In this document: positions 54,585-64,000 of the stretch, piece after piece
How the letters are laid out: each line of letters opens with the position of its first letter
Position numbering within the stretch: the stretch's first letter is position 1
Origin: an uncultured Bdellovibrionales bacterium
Lineage (GTDB): Bacteria; Patescibacteriota; Minisyncoccia; Moranbacterales; GWC2-37-73
DNA: 64,000 nt
Direction of reading: 5' to 3'
NCBI GenBank assembly: GCA_964609855.1
Contig: CAZSTB010000006.1
Location: 365 to 64,364 of the forward strand
Notes under the pieces: model-generated
Databases searched by the model: none
Told to the model about the DNA's origin: nothing
What the model saw: the letters and a program-made list of their open reading frames with translations, nothing else
Translations under genes and position numbers: made by a program

Positions 54585-56021
54585 ATGGGACCAAAAGATA
54601 TTAACACCGAATATAAGATTTCACAGTCGCATGAAGAAATGGAGGCTGGTTTTGATATTTCTCAGTCTGAGTGCGGAAAGGGTGAGGTTTTTAATAAACC
54701 TCATTTGGTAACTGAAAAAGAAATTCAGGATATTAAAAAAGCAAAACAAGAGAAAGACGCCAAGAATTTGGAAGTTATCAAAATAATGGAGGAAAAGTTA
54801 CTGGATGCAAATCTTGGAAAAATAAGAATTAGGGATATTAAGAAATTTGCTAGAAACGAATATAAGTATGTTTGTGACAATATTAAGAATGAACATGGCG
54901 ATATAGACTGGGAATATGTTGAAGAAAGATTAAGCTTTGAGCTTCCAAAAAATAAGCACTTTTTAACATTTGAATTCGCAGTTAATGAATTAAGAGATAA
55001 GTTGATATCAGATAACCTATTTAGTTTTACTCCAGTTTATGTTGAAAGAAATTGTCCCAAGGCGTATGGTTTTTTCAAACGAAACATCAAAGATGCCGAA
55101 GGAAAAATTGATTGGGGTAAAATTAAAGAAGAGTTGCACTTAGAAGCGCCAGATGGGTATTATGAATCGAAGTGCATAGAGAGTTTAAACAAAGCTATTT
55201 TAGAGACAGCTAAGCCAGTTACTACGATAACAGATTTACACAATCATTATTTTGCTATTTTTCAAGATGTGAAAGCATACTTTCCAGATCAAAAAGGAAC
55301 TATTGATTGGCCGAAAGTCGTTCCTTGTCTTTCTGCAGAAGCTCGCAAAAAATTAAAATTGCCACCCCCTGCACTAACAATGGAATCTGCATTAAAGAAA
55401 CTTGATGATATATTTAAAAGTGTACCTGCCGGAAGAAAAATAACATTTCAACAAATTAAAATGCAAAACCGGGCTCTTTATGCTTTTTTGTTGTTAAATT
55501 TTAAGGATGTTAAAGGCGGTGTTGATTGGAAATTGGTGTCTGAGCAATCAGGTATTGATTTTGATGATAAATTCTTACCTCCTAAAAATCACAAGCGTTC
55601 AACACCAGAGCAACAGTATGAGAATAATGAAGAAATGCAAAAGGCAATTGGTGATAATAAAAAATATTTATATACTTTTTTGCAATCTGATCCAGGGCGA
55701 GAATTTGAAAAACGAAATGAGATTTGTACGGTTCTGATAAACTTGGCGAAAAAAGGCAATAAATCAGCTGAGAATGAGATTATAAATTTAATTTCTTATT
55801 TAGCCGATAGGTGGGTGGAAACAATTCCAAATTTTGAGGTATGGAAATATCATAAGGATCGAGAACTAGAAATAATTAGACGTTGTATATATAATTTTGA
55901 GCCTAAGGTGCCCTTTGTAGGTTATGTGTATAAAACATTAAAAATGGCATCTCTTGGCTTGGAAAGAAGAACTGAAATTGAATACAATGATGGAGTAAGG
56001 ATAAGGCATGCAACTAAATAA
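54585..56021 (+). CDS. hypothetical protein with four internal (D/G)xIDW...V repeats
   Basis: GDIDWEYVEERL, GKIDWGKIKEEL, GTIDWPKVVPCL, and GGVDWKLVSEQS spaced about 60-70 aa apart. Confidence 0.5.
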   Translation: MGPKDINTEYKISQSHEEMEAGFDISQSECGKGEVFNKPHLVTEKEIQDIKKAKQEKDAKNLEVIKIMEEKLLDANLGKIRIRDIKKFARNEYKYVCDNIKNEHGDIDWEYVEERLSFELPKNKHFLTFEFAVNELRDKLISDNLFSFTPVYVERNCPKAYGFFKRNIKDAEGKIDWGKIKEELHLEAPDGYYESKCIESLNKAILETAKPVTTITDLHNHYFAIFQDVKAYFPDQKGTIDWPKVVPCLSAEARKKLKLPPPALTMESALKKLDDIFKSVPAGRKITFQQIKMQNRALYAFLLLNFKDVKGGVDWKLVSEQSGIDFDDKFLPPKNHKRSTPEQQYENNEEMQKAIGDNKKYLYTFLQSDPGREFEKRNEICTVLINLAKKGNKSAENEIINLISYLADRWVETIPNFEVWKYHKDRELEIIRRCIYNFEPKVPFVGYVYKTLKMASLGLERRTEIEYNDGVRIRHATK

Positions 56022-56090
56022 AAAATTGGCTTGCAAAAAAGTAAATAAAAGTGGAAACTATAATGTATAAGCTTTAAGCTATGCTGTTTT

Positions 56091-57218
56091 ATGCTTTCAT
56101 ATATTGAAATTTCCAAGGAAAATTTGCTACATAATCTTAGGCTGATGAGGGGCCTGGTTGTGCCTGGCGTCAAACTCGCATGCGTGATAAAAGCTAATGC
56201 TTATGGGCATGGCCAAAATGAAGTGGCTAAAATTTTGGAAAATGAAGTTGATTTCTTTCAGGTGGACGATGCCGATGAGCTAAGATTACTGCGAGAAGTT
56301 TCCACGAAGCCTACGTTGGTTTTGGGCTATGTTTCTAGCGATGAAATTGCTAAGGTTATTGAATTAGGTGCGATTATGGGAGTTTACGCTGAGCAGCAGA
56401 TCTTAATGATCGAGCAAGTTGCTGAAAGCTTAAACAAGAAAGTTTCAGTGCATGTTAAAATAGATGCGTGTCTTGGCAGGCAAGGTGTACTGCTGGAAAA
56501 TCTTCAACATTTTATTGATGCTCTAAAAACTTGCGAACATGTTCAGGTTGATGGCATTTATTCACATTTTGCCAACATCGAAGATACTAGCAATTTTTCA
56601 CATGCAAAAAAACAGCTGGAATGCTTTGAAAAAGCGATAACTATTTTTAAGGAAAATGGTTACAAAAATTTAGATACACATATCTCTGCAAGCTCCGGTA
56701 TTATGGCGTATGAAGCGGACGGCCAGAGTCCAAGTTCAATTGTGCGCCCAGGAATCGCAACTTATGGCATGTGGCCATCTGTGGAGTTGGCGGAAAAGCT
56801 TGGAAGCGTCGAATTTAAATTAAAGCCGGCAATGCGCTGGATAACACGTGTGGCCCAGGTTAAGACGGTGCCTGCTAATTATTCAATTGGCTATGGTTTA
56901 ACATTCATCACTTCAGTGCCGACTAAAATCGCGGTGATTCCGCAAGGATATAGCGATGGTTTTGATCGGGGATTTTCCAATTGCGGGGAGGTTTTAATCA
57001 AAGGAACTCGCTGCAAGGTTTTGGGCCGGGTTGCAATGAATATGTTCGTGGTTGATGTTTCACATCTGGAAAATGTCGAAGCCGAAGAAGAAGTTGTGCT
57101 GCTAGGGACTCAGGGTGAAGCGGCAATTACCGCTGAAGAAATGGCTGCTAAGATAGAAAGTATAAATTATGAAATAACGACGCGCATCTCACCTTTACTT
57201 AAAAGAATAATTGTATAA
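56091..57218 (+). CDS. alr: alanine racemase
   Basis: PLP-lysine motif VIKANAYGHG. C-terminal beta domain. Confidence 0.85.
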   Translation: MLSYIEISKENLLHNLRLMRGLVVPGVKLACVIKANAYGHGQNEVAKILENEVDFFQVDDADELRLLREVSTKPTLVLGYVSSDEIAKVIELGAIMGVYAEQQILMIEQVAESLNKKVSVHVKIDACLGRQGVLLENLQHFIDALKTCEHVQVDGIYSHFANIEDTSNFSHAKKQLECFEKAITIFKENGYKNLDTHISASSGIMAYEADGQSPSSIVRPGIATYGMWPSVELAEKLGSVEFKLKPAMRWITRVAQVKTVPANYSIGYGLTFITSVPTKIAVIPQGYSDGFDRGFSNCGEVLIKGTRCKVLGRVAMNMFVVDVSHLENVEAEEEVVLLGTQGEAAITAEEMAAKIESINYEITTRISPLLKRIIV

Positions 57219-57237
57219 ATAGTAAGCAAAAAACGAT

Positions 57238-59022
57238 ATGGAAAAGTTACCTTTATGGAATTTGTCGGATCTTTTTACATCGATTAGTGACCCACGCATA
57301 AATGAATCGCTGGAAGATGTTTCCAGGCGCGCAAAAAAATTCAGAGATGATTACCATCTGAAAATTAAAGATATTACGAGTCCAAGCAAGATGCTTGAGG
57401 TATTTAAGGAGTATGAATCTATTATTTCCCTTGCTGTGAAGCCGCAGGCATATGCAGAGTTGCTGCATAGTACGAACACCGCTAATCCTGAATATGGGGC
57501 ATTCATGCAGAAAGCTAGCACAACTTCAGCGGAAATATTTTCGCAGCTGATTTTTTTTGAATTGGAGCTGACTTTTTTGCCGGAAAAAGAGTTTGCAAGT
57601 TTTCTTGAAAGCGTTGAGCTGGCTAATTATCGACACTATTTTGAAAAACTTAGCGCTTGGAAAAAACACAGACTCAGTGAAAAGGAGGAGCAGATATTGG
57701 AATTTAAAAGATTAACCGGAAAACAAGCATTTCAGAGACTATATGAGCAGGAGCTTACAAAGCAGCAGTTTTCATTGGAAATTGACGGTGAAAAAAAGAA
57801 TTTAAATCAGTCGGAGATCCTGAACATTTTGTACACAAGCAGCAATCAGACCAAAAGAGCTGATGCTGCGGCAGCTTTTACTGTAGGACTTTCAGAAAAA
57901 GAGAGTATATTGACCTTTGTCATGAACACTTTAGCTGAAGATAAAAAAATTGAGGATAAGCTGCTTGGCTTTGAATATCCTGAGCAGGCTAGACATCTAA
58001 ATAACGAAGCGAATCGCGATGCGGTTGAAACTATGGTAAAAGTGGTTGAAGAAAGTTATGCGCTGGTTCAGGAATATTACACTTTCAAAAAAGAGGTTTT
58101 GGGACTTGAGAAAATGTACGATTACGATCGCTATGCTCCGGTTGGAAGTAAAAACAAGTCAATTGAATTTAAGGAAGCGCAAGAAATTGTGCTGGGCGCT
58201 TTCAGTGATTTCGACGGCGACTTTGGTAAGATTGCGACAGACTTTTTCGACAAGCAATGGATCGACGCCGCTCCAATGACGGGAAAAAGAGGCGGAGCAT
58301 ATTGCGAAGGGGCAACGCCAGATGTGCATCCTTACGTCTTCATGAATTTCACGGGTTCAATTAATGACGTTATGACGCTGGCTCATGAATTAGGACATGG
58401 AATCAATTTCGAGCTTGCACGCAAACAATCAATCGTGAATTATAATTGTCCGCTTACGCTCGCTGAAACTGCAAGTATTTTTGCGGAAACGTTAGCCTTT
58501 AGGAAAACAACTGAAAATGAAACAGACAAGGAAGTTTTATTGGGAATGTATATGCAAAAAATTGAAAGTATTTTCGCAAGCGTGCAAAGGCAGATTTCAA
58601 TGTTCAGGTTCGAGCAGGATTTTCATAATGCCTACCGAAAAGGTGGGGAATTAACTGCGGCGCAGATTAATGTCCTGTGGATTGGTCGCCAGCGCGAGAT
58701 GTTCGGCAATGTCGTTTCTTTGACTGCAAATTACGAGAGTTGGTGGTCTTATGTTTCGCATTTTATCCGCACACCTTTCTATGTTTATGCTTATGCCTTT
58801 GGCGAATTGCTTGCTTTTGGGTTATTGCATAAAGCTGAAAAAAAACCTGAGCAATTCCCAGGTATGTACAGGGAATTTCTAGAAGGTGGCGGTTCAAAAT
58901 CGCCGCAGGAGCTGGCTCAGATTTTCAATATCGACTTGGAAGATGAAAATTTTTGGCGCAGCGGAATTGAAACAATCGCGGAATATATTAAAAAGGCTAA
59001 AAAACTTAAGTCAGAGCTGTAG
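57238..59022 (+). CDS. pepF: oligoendopeptidase F (M3B)
   Basis: HELGHGINF HEXXH motif. Length and pattern of the M3B family. Confidence 0.85.
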   Translation: MEKLPLWNLSDLFTSISDPRINESLEDVSRRAKKFRDDYHLKIKDITSPSKMLEVFKEYESIISLAVKPQAYAELLHSTNTANPEYGAFMQKASTTSAEIFSQLIFFELELTFLPEKEFASFLESVELANYRHYFEKLSAWKKHRLSEKEEQILEFKRLTGKQAFQRLYEQELTKQQFSLEIDGEKKNLNQSEILNILYTSSNQTKRADAAAAFTVGLSEKESILTFVMNTLAEDKKIEDKLLGFEYPEQARHLNNEANRDAVETMVKVVEESYALVQEYYTFKKEVLGLEKMYDYDRYAPVGSKNKSIEFKEAQEIVLGAFSDFDGDFGKIATDFFDKQWIDAAPMTGKRGGAYCEGATPDVHPYVFMNFTGSINDVMTLAHELGHGINFELARKQSIVNYNCPLTLAETASIFAETLAFRKTTENETDKEVLLGMYMQKIESIFASVQRQISMFRFEQDFHNAYRKGGELTAAQINVLWIGRQREMFGNVVSLTANYESWWSYVSHFIRTPFYVYAYAFGELLAFGLLHKAEKKPEQFPGMYREFLEGGGSKSPQELAQIFNIDLEDENFWRSGIETIAEYIKKAKKLKSEL

Positions 59023-59219
59023 TCTCACTTTTCAGTTGGCAAATTTTTCGTAAATAAAAATGGAGTAAAAGTGGAATTATCCCTTTTACTTTTAGTGTGT
59101 TGTATGGTATACTACGTTGGTTATAGAGATTTATCAATTGAAAATATAAGCGCTGGGCGTCAGATTGTGAAAGCATAGAATGCGAATGCGCGTATGAATT
59201 AATATGCGCGCCCGGTAAA

Positions 59220-59831
59220 TTGCAAATGTCACTATTTAAGAAAAATGAGAAAAAGCAAATAGCTGCGGCCGATCCGACAGATGAGGAGTTGGTTTTTTTG
59301 ACCATAAAAAATCCTGATGTTTATAGTCAGCTCATCGAGCGTTATGAAGAAAAACTCTTGAGATACATTCTACGCATCTCGGCATGTTCAAAAGAAGACG
59401 CGGAAGACATTTTACAGGACGTTTTTTTGAGTGCGTACAAAAATCTTAATGATTTTGATCAGGAACTTAAATTTTCATCTTGGATTTATCGAATTACGCA
59501 TAATAAAGTTATCAGTCATTTTCGTAAGGTTACGGCTCGGCCAAAAACAACCACTTATGAAGGTGACAACCAACTTTTAAACATCTTGGCTAGCGATGAG
59601 GACATTTTTCGAGATTTGGAAAAAAAATATACTGCCGAGCAAGTCAGAGACACGATCGATAAATTAGATGAAAGATACAGAGATGTATTGGTCTTAAAAT
59701 TTTTGGAAGAAAAAGATTACAAGGAAATTTCAGATATTTTGGAAAAACCTATGGGAACAGTTGCAACCCTAATAAACAGGGCAAAAAAACAGTTTAAGGA
59801 AAAAACCCTTGAGCTTGAGAAGGATAAATAA
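59220..59831 (+). CDS. RNA polymerase sigma-70 family (ECF-type) sigma factor
   Basis: Region 2 DAEDILQDVFLSAYKNLNDFD...FSSWIYRITHN. Region 4 HTH KEISDILEKPMGTVATLINRAKKQFKE. Confidence 0.75.
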   Translation: MQMSLFKKNEKKQIAAADPTDEELVFLTIKNPDVYSQLIERYEEKLLRYILRISACSKEDAEDILQDVFLSAYKNLNDFDQELKFSSWIYRITHNKVISHFRKVTARPKTTTYEGDNQLLNILASDEDIFRDLEKKYTAEQVRDTIDKLDERYRDVLVLKFLEEKDYKEISDILEKPMGTVATLINRAKKQFKEKTLELEKDK

Positions 59832-59858
59832 TTATAAATGCTTGGAAATTTTTGAGCA

Positions 59859-60605
59859 ATGCTCAGTAAGATTTCCGCCAAGGAAATGACAACATTTAGC
59901 GATAAGATTATCAATAAGATAAAATGCGACAGTATCGAACCTGTTCCAAGGTGGCATTTCTTATTTAAAGGTTGCGCTTTTTGGGCATTATTCGTTATTT
60001 CTATGATTTTGGGCAGTCTTTCTTTCTCTGTAATTGTGCATATAGCGAGTTCTGGAGATTTCGGTTTTTTAAATCATTTGCAAGGAAACCTGATTACCTC
60101 CGCAGTTATGCTGCTGCCATATTTTTGGATTTTGTTTTTAATTTTATTCGCAATTTCTGCTTATCTAAACTGGAAGTGTACCAAGAGAGGTTATCGCTAT
60201 AAACGGCGCTGGATCGTTTTGGGTAGTTTTGCGTTAAGTATTCTCTTCGGCTATATTTTTTTTCTAATGGGGATGGCTAAGGAAGTTGATAAATTAATGT
60301 CTCGAGCGATTCCGTTTTATGATAAATCAAAACATGATGCACGCGTTGAGCTTTGGTTTCAACCTGATAGCGGTTTTCTGACGGGGAAAATTATTGAAAT
60401 AGATGAAGAAAAAGAAAAATTGATTGTTAGAGATGAGAATGGAGCAAATTGGGAAGTTGATGACCTAAATGTTAAATGGGAGAATCAAAGTCTTGAAAAT
60501 AAGGGCAAAGTCGTAAAAATTATCGGTAACCGAGATGGAGATTACAAATTTTCAGCCAAAGAAATTAGAAGGTGTAACAATTGTCAGGATGATGAGGACA
60601 ATTAG
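59859..60605 (+). CDS. membrane protein downstream of ECF sigma (candidate anti-sigma factor)
   Basis: N-terminal cytoplasmic segment, 4 TM helices, C-terminal extracytoplasmic domain. Position suggests a sigma/anti-sigma pair. Confidence 0.4.
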   Translation: MLSKISAKEMTTFSDKIINKIKCDSIEPVPRWHFLFKGCAFWALFVISMILGSLSFSVIVHIASSGDFGFLNHLQGNLITSAVMLLPYFWILFLILFAISAYLNWKCTKRGYRYKRRWIVLGSFALSILFGYIFFLMGMAKEVDKLMSRAIPFYDKSKHDARVELWFQPDSGFLTGKIIEIDEEKEKLIVRDENGANWEVDDLNVKWENQSLENKGKVVKIIGNRDGDYKFSAKEIRRCNNCQDDEDN

Positions 60606-60681
60606 TTGTTTTCAAGGGAAATAAAAAACGCAGCTGGTGCTGTGTTTTTTTGTTGTCGCAAAATAGCGTTATGTAAGTTTG

Positions 60682-60824
60682 TTTATTGTCGAACGAAGTC
60701 GAGCGAAATGAAAATGAATTTTCGTTTCCGAGCGAGTGATGACATCAAAAGGTTTAATACCTCGCGGCGGGCCGCGAAAACCCAGGGGGTTTGGGGCTTG
60801 CCCCGGGGTTAATACCTTTTATTT
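60682..60824 (+). repeat. structured intergenic repeat / candidate ncRNA, copy B
   Basis: About 90% identical to 13491-13633. ORF-track entries 60606-60812 and 60736-60960 overlap it and are judged spurious. Confidence 0.7.
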
Positions 60825-61994
60825 AACAATTTCAATTTTTGCTAAAGTTTGCTTGACCAATGCGGGAATATCCAAGGCTTTCTCTGCTTCCAATACTTCA
60901 AGAATTTTGGAACGTGTTTCAGGTTTTTTGGGCATTAGTCGCGTGCAACAATCGTCATGAGGCAAGATCGAGATTTCATAAGTTCCGATGTCTTTCGCTT
61001 TCTGCATTATTTCTTCCTTGTCTAAGCCGATAAGTGGTCTAAAGATCGGAAGTGTTGCGGCTTCACTTACGGTTAAGATATTTTCCAAGGTCTGAGAAGC
61101 AACTTGGCCGATGGAATCTCCAGTGATAAGCGCCATGCAGCGTTCTCTCTTAGCAAGTGCCTCTGCGATTCTAATCATCATGCGGCGATAAAGAATAACA
61201 CGAAATTTTTCTGGCGTTTTCATCATGATCTCTTTTTGCACGTCTGCAAAAGGTATTAGATAAAGTTTAGTTTTACTGCCAAATTTAGCCAATTCTTGAC
61301 TAAGGCTAACCACCTTTTCTATAGATGCTTTTGATGTGAATGGAGCGCTATGAAAATGAGCATAGCGGATTTGGACTCCGCGCTTCAATATTTGCCAAGC
61401 AGCAACAGGAGAATCAAATCCACCTGAGAGCATTGCCATCGCCCTGCCTCCTGTTCCAACCGGCATTCCGCCCAGACCCTGATTTCTCATTAAGGCGACT
61501 AAGGCAAATTTATCAACGATGGTTATGCGGCATTCGCAATCAGCATGCTTCAAGCTAACGGATTTTTTTCCATCAAGTTTGTCATATATGTAGCCACCAA
61601 CTTCGCGATTAATTTGTTCACTGGTGAGAGGGAAATCCTTATTTGAGCGCTGAGTTGAAACTCTGAAAGTCTCAAACTTTTCGTCTTTTATCATTTCCCA
61701 GCAGAAAGTCTTTATGGTTTCAATATCTTGGGAAACACTGGCTACAAAGGAATAATTAGTGATTCCAAACGTATGCCTAAGCGAATTTTCAATGGCGCCA
61801 GGGTTGGAAATTCCTTTTTGGTTAAGCTTGATCAGAATTCCTCCATACATCTGTTTTACAAATTCAAAGCCTGCAGGACAAAAAAGCTCAAGTTGAGATT
61901 TGATATTCAATAGGAGTTGTTTTTCAAAATATCGGCGGTTGCCACCTTTAAGGGCAATTTCGCCATAATGACAGAGGATATGGTCTTTTTCCAT
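60819..61994 (-). CDS. thiI: tRNA 4-thiouridine(8) synthase ThiI
   Basis: THUMP-like N-terminal half. PP-loop SGGFDSPVA. Confidence 0.85.
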   Translation of the reverse strand: MEKDHILCHYGEIALKGGNRRYFEKQLLLNIKSQLELFCPAGFEFVKQMYGGILIKLNQKGISNPGAIENSLRHTFGITNYSFVASVSQDIETIKTFCWEMIKDEKFETFRVSTQRSNKDFPLTSEQINREVGGYIYDKLDGKKSVSLKHADCECRITIVDKFALVALMRNQGLGGMPVGTGGRAMAMLSGGFDSPVAAWQILKRGVQIRYAHFHSAPFTSKASIEKVVSLSQELAKFGSKTKLYLIPFADVQKEIMMKTPEKFRVILYRRMMIRIAEALAKRERCMALITGDSIGQVASQTLENILTVSEAATLPIFRPLIGLDKEEIMQKAKDIGTYEISILPHDDCCTRLMPKKPETRSKILEVLEAEKALDIPALVKQTLAKIEIVK

Positions 61995-62194
61995 GAAATT
62001 TAGTATAAAATTAGGCGAAAATGCTGAAAAGCATCAAGTATTTATAGCATGGACGGGATTGAAAGTAAAGTTAGTCAGTGGCGTTTTAAAAGTACATTAT
62101 TGCTTATTTTCGGCTTTTCTAGTATCTTAATAGAGATCTGCAAAAGGCTTATTCTTGGCTTTTTAATGATCTTTAAATTTATGAGTTTACATTT

Positions 62195-63247
62195 ATGGCT
62201 TTGCAAATAGGAATCGTAGGACTACCAAATGTGGGTAAATCAACCCTTTTTAAGGCTTTAACGAGGAATCCTGTAGATATTAATAATTATCCGTTTTGTA
62301 CTATCGAACCGAATGTTGGTGTAGTCAAAGTTCCTGATGAGCGACTGGACAAGCTTTCAGAAATGTCTCAGACGGAAAAAATTGTGCCCGCGGTTGTGGA
62401 ATTTGTGGATATTGCAGGAATTGTGAAAGGCGCTTCTGAGGGTGAGGGCTTGGGAAATAAATTTCTGGCGAATATCCGCGAAGTTGATGCAATTGCTCAG
62501 GTGGTGCGGGTTTTTCGCAATGATAATATTATCCATGTACACAACAAGGTTGATCCACTGGAGGACATTGAAATTATCAATACCGAACTTATCTTGGCAG
62601 ATCTTGAATCTATGATTAAGCGCATGGAAAAGCTGCAAAAAGATGCGCGTGGAAATGATAAGGATGCCCAGTTTAAATTGGGAATTGCTGAAAAGATTAA
62701 ACATGTTTTGCAACAGGGACTTTTGGCAAACACTGCTGAGCTTGACTTCCAAGAACCAAATACAAAGTTGGCAGTGCGCGAATTCCAATTACTTACCATG
62801 AAACCGTTCCTTTATATTTACAATGTGAGCGATGTGGATGAGATTTTACCCGAAATTCTGGAAAACAGAAGACACGTAAAGCTGGATATTAAAATAGAGG
62901 AAGAACTGATTGATATGACATCGGAGGAAATTGAAGAAATGGGACTTACTTCAAACATAAGCCAACTTATTGTTCAGGCTTATGATCTTTTGGGTTTGCA
63001 GACGTTTTTAACGACTGGAAAAATTGAAACACGTGCTTGGACCATCAAAAAGGGCTCGACAGCACCAGAAGCTGGGGCTGCGATCCATACGGATTTTCAG
63101 GAAAAATTCATCAGAGCGGATGTTATTATGTGGGATAAACTTTTGGAGATTGGTTCGTGGGGAAAAGCTAAGGAGCTAGGCGCTGTAAAGACGGTCGGAA
63201 GGGACTATGTCATGAATGATGGGGAGGTGGTTGAATTTAAAGTTTAA
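62195..63247 (+). CDS. ychF: redox-regulated ATPase YchF (Obg-like)
   Basis: [18 protein letters not shown]-terminal domain. Confidence 0.9.
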   Translation: MALQIGIVGLPNVGKSTLFKALTRNPVDINNYPFCTIEPNVGVVKVPDERLDKLSEMSQTEKIVPAVVEFVDIAGIVKGASEGEGLGNKFLANIREVDAIAQVVRVFRNDNIIHVHNKVDPLEDIEIINTELILADLESMIKRMEKLQKDARGNDKDAQFKLGIAEKIKHVLQQGLLANTAELDFQEPNTKLAVREFQLLTMKPFLYIYNVSDVDEILPEILENRRHVKLDIKIEEELIDMTSEEIEEMGLTSNISQLIVQAYDLLGLQTFLTTGKIETRAWTIKKGSTAPEAGAAIHTDFQEKFIRADVIMWDKLLEIGSWGKAKELGAVKTVGRDYVMNDGEVVEFKV

Positions 63248-63417
63248 AATCTCCTGTGTTTTTTGTGATTAACGGACTTGTGTAGTGTGGGGATATTATT
63301 GGTTGGGATATTGGGACAGTAGTCATGCGGCTACTGTTTTTTCGTAAAAATAAATTAGTCACAAATATGCATATGCACAATATTGACTAATATGTGTTAG
63401 AAGCATATTATGTTGGT

Positions 63418-64000
63418 ATGAAGAACAAGTTAACAAAAAATTTAAATTCAAAAGAGAAAATTCAATCAAAATCTTTGAAAAAGATTGCAGAGGATTTCAT
63501 TGAATCTGACAGCGCTGCCTCAACTGCTGGAAAATTTTTGCTGATGACTTTGGCATTGGGCGGAGTTGCTTTTGGTGGAGCTCTTGTTCCTGGTTTATTG
63601 TTTGCCTCAAAAGAATTCAGCAAATCAAAAAAATACACAAAAAAGCAACTGCAAAATGCTGTTTATAATTTGAAGAAAAGAAATCTTATCGAGGTTATCA
63701 AAATGAAAGATGAAAAAATTCAAGTAAAATTAACAAATAAGGGCAAGGAAAGAATAAGAGAATTTTCATTTGAAACTTTGAAAATAAAAAAGCCTTTCAG
63801 ATGGGACAGGAAGTGGAGAATACTTATTTTTGATATTCCTACGAAGCCTGCGATATATAATCAAGCAAGAAATGCTCTTCGCAAAAAAATTAAGGACCTA
63901 GGATTTTATCAAATGCAAAAAAGCGTTTGGGTTTATCCATATGAATGCGAGGATGAAATCCTGTTGATTGCTGAGCTTTACCATGTCCAAAAGCACATAG
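63418..64000 (+). CDS. hypothetical membrane-anchored protein with Cas2-like/PaaX-like motif, 3'-truncated by window end
   Basis: ATG at 63418, no stop before the window end. TM helix FLLMTLALGGVAFGGALVPGLLFA, then WRILIFDIPTKPAIYNQARNALRKKIKDLGFYQMQKSVWVYPYE. Confidence 0.4.
   Translation, partial: MKNKLTKNLNSKEKIQSKSLKKIAEDFIESDSAASTAGKFLLMTLALGGVAFGGALVPGLLFASKEFSKSKKYTKKQLQNAVYNLKKRNLIEVIKMKDEKIQVKLTNKGKERIREFSFETLKIKKPFRWDRKWRILIFDIPTKPAIYNQARNALRKKIKDLGFYQMQKSVWVYPYECEDEILLIAELYHVQKHI

Noticed and set aside
60606-60960. Two short plus-strand ORFs (60606-60812, 60736-60960)
   Set aside because: They run through repeat copy B and the thiI 3' end. Their translation is Arg/Gly-rich from the GC hairpins.

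Overview
AT-rich (about 35% GC) bacterial chromosomal segment. Short IF-2, many small secreted or membrane proteins and the gene content suggest a Candidate Phyla Radiation (Patescibacteria-like) organism; this is an inference. Housekeeping genes make up much of the window: infB-rbfA, nusA, tig-clpP, gpmI, rny, hup, alr, pepF, thiI, ychF, rsmA, pcrA, comM, nfo, family-4 UDG, a NUDIX hydrolase, nrnA, ppaC, an ECF sigma factor, and four tRNAs (Cys-GCA, Leu-TAA, Ser-CGA on the minus strand, Pro-TGG). The most notable content is a two-part, Gram-positive/ComB-like type IV secretion-like locus. Part 1 is at 20071-25718: two pilin-like genes, a VirB3-like gene, and a VirB4 ATPase that appears split into an N-terminal ORF and a C-terminal ATPase ORF. 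Part 2 is at 33359-42616: a LysM-CHAP peptidoglycan hydrolase, a TrbL/VirB6-like polytopic protein, two unknown proteins, and five more pilin-like paralogs, several fused to Cys-rich ectodomains with internal tandem repeats. Between the two parts sit comM, an rlpA-like gene, rsmA, pcrA and a Xer-type recombinase. The second notable feature is a family of about 140-185 nt structured intergenic repeats in three copies (13491-13633 +, 60682-60824 +, and a diverged copy at 39113-39297 -). Their hairpins show compensatory base changes between copies, pointing to a conserved RNA structure: a candidate small ncRNA or structured repeat family. Other recurring non-coding signals: promoter-proximal GC hairpin plus U-tract leaders sharing a TTGGACA-N18-TGCTATAAT promoter (upstream of 12675 and 54585, and a related case upstream of nusA); a recurrent palindromic AAATGTTTAAACATTT-type motif; heptamer AATTTYC tandem arrays in spacers; and direct and inverted partial copies of the tRNA-Pro 3' half just downstream of that tRNA. 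All calls are made by eye from the sequence and the ORF track. No database searches were run.
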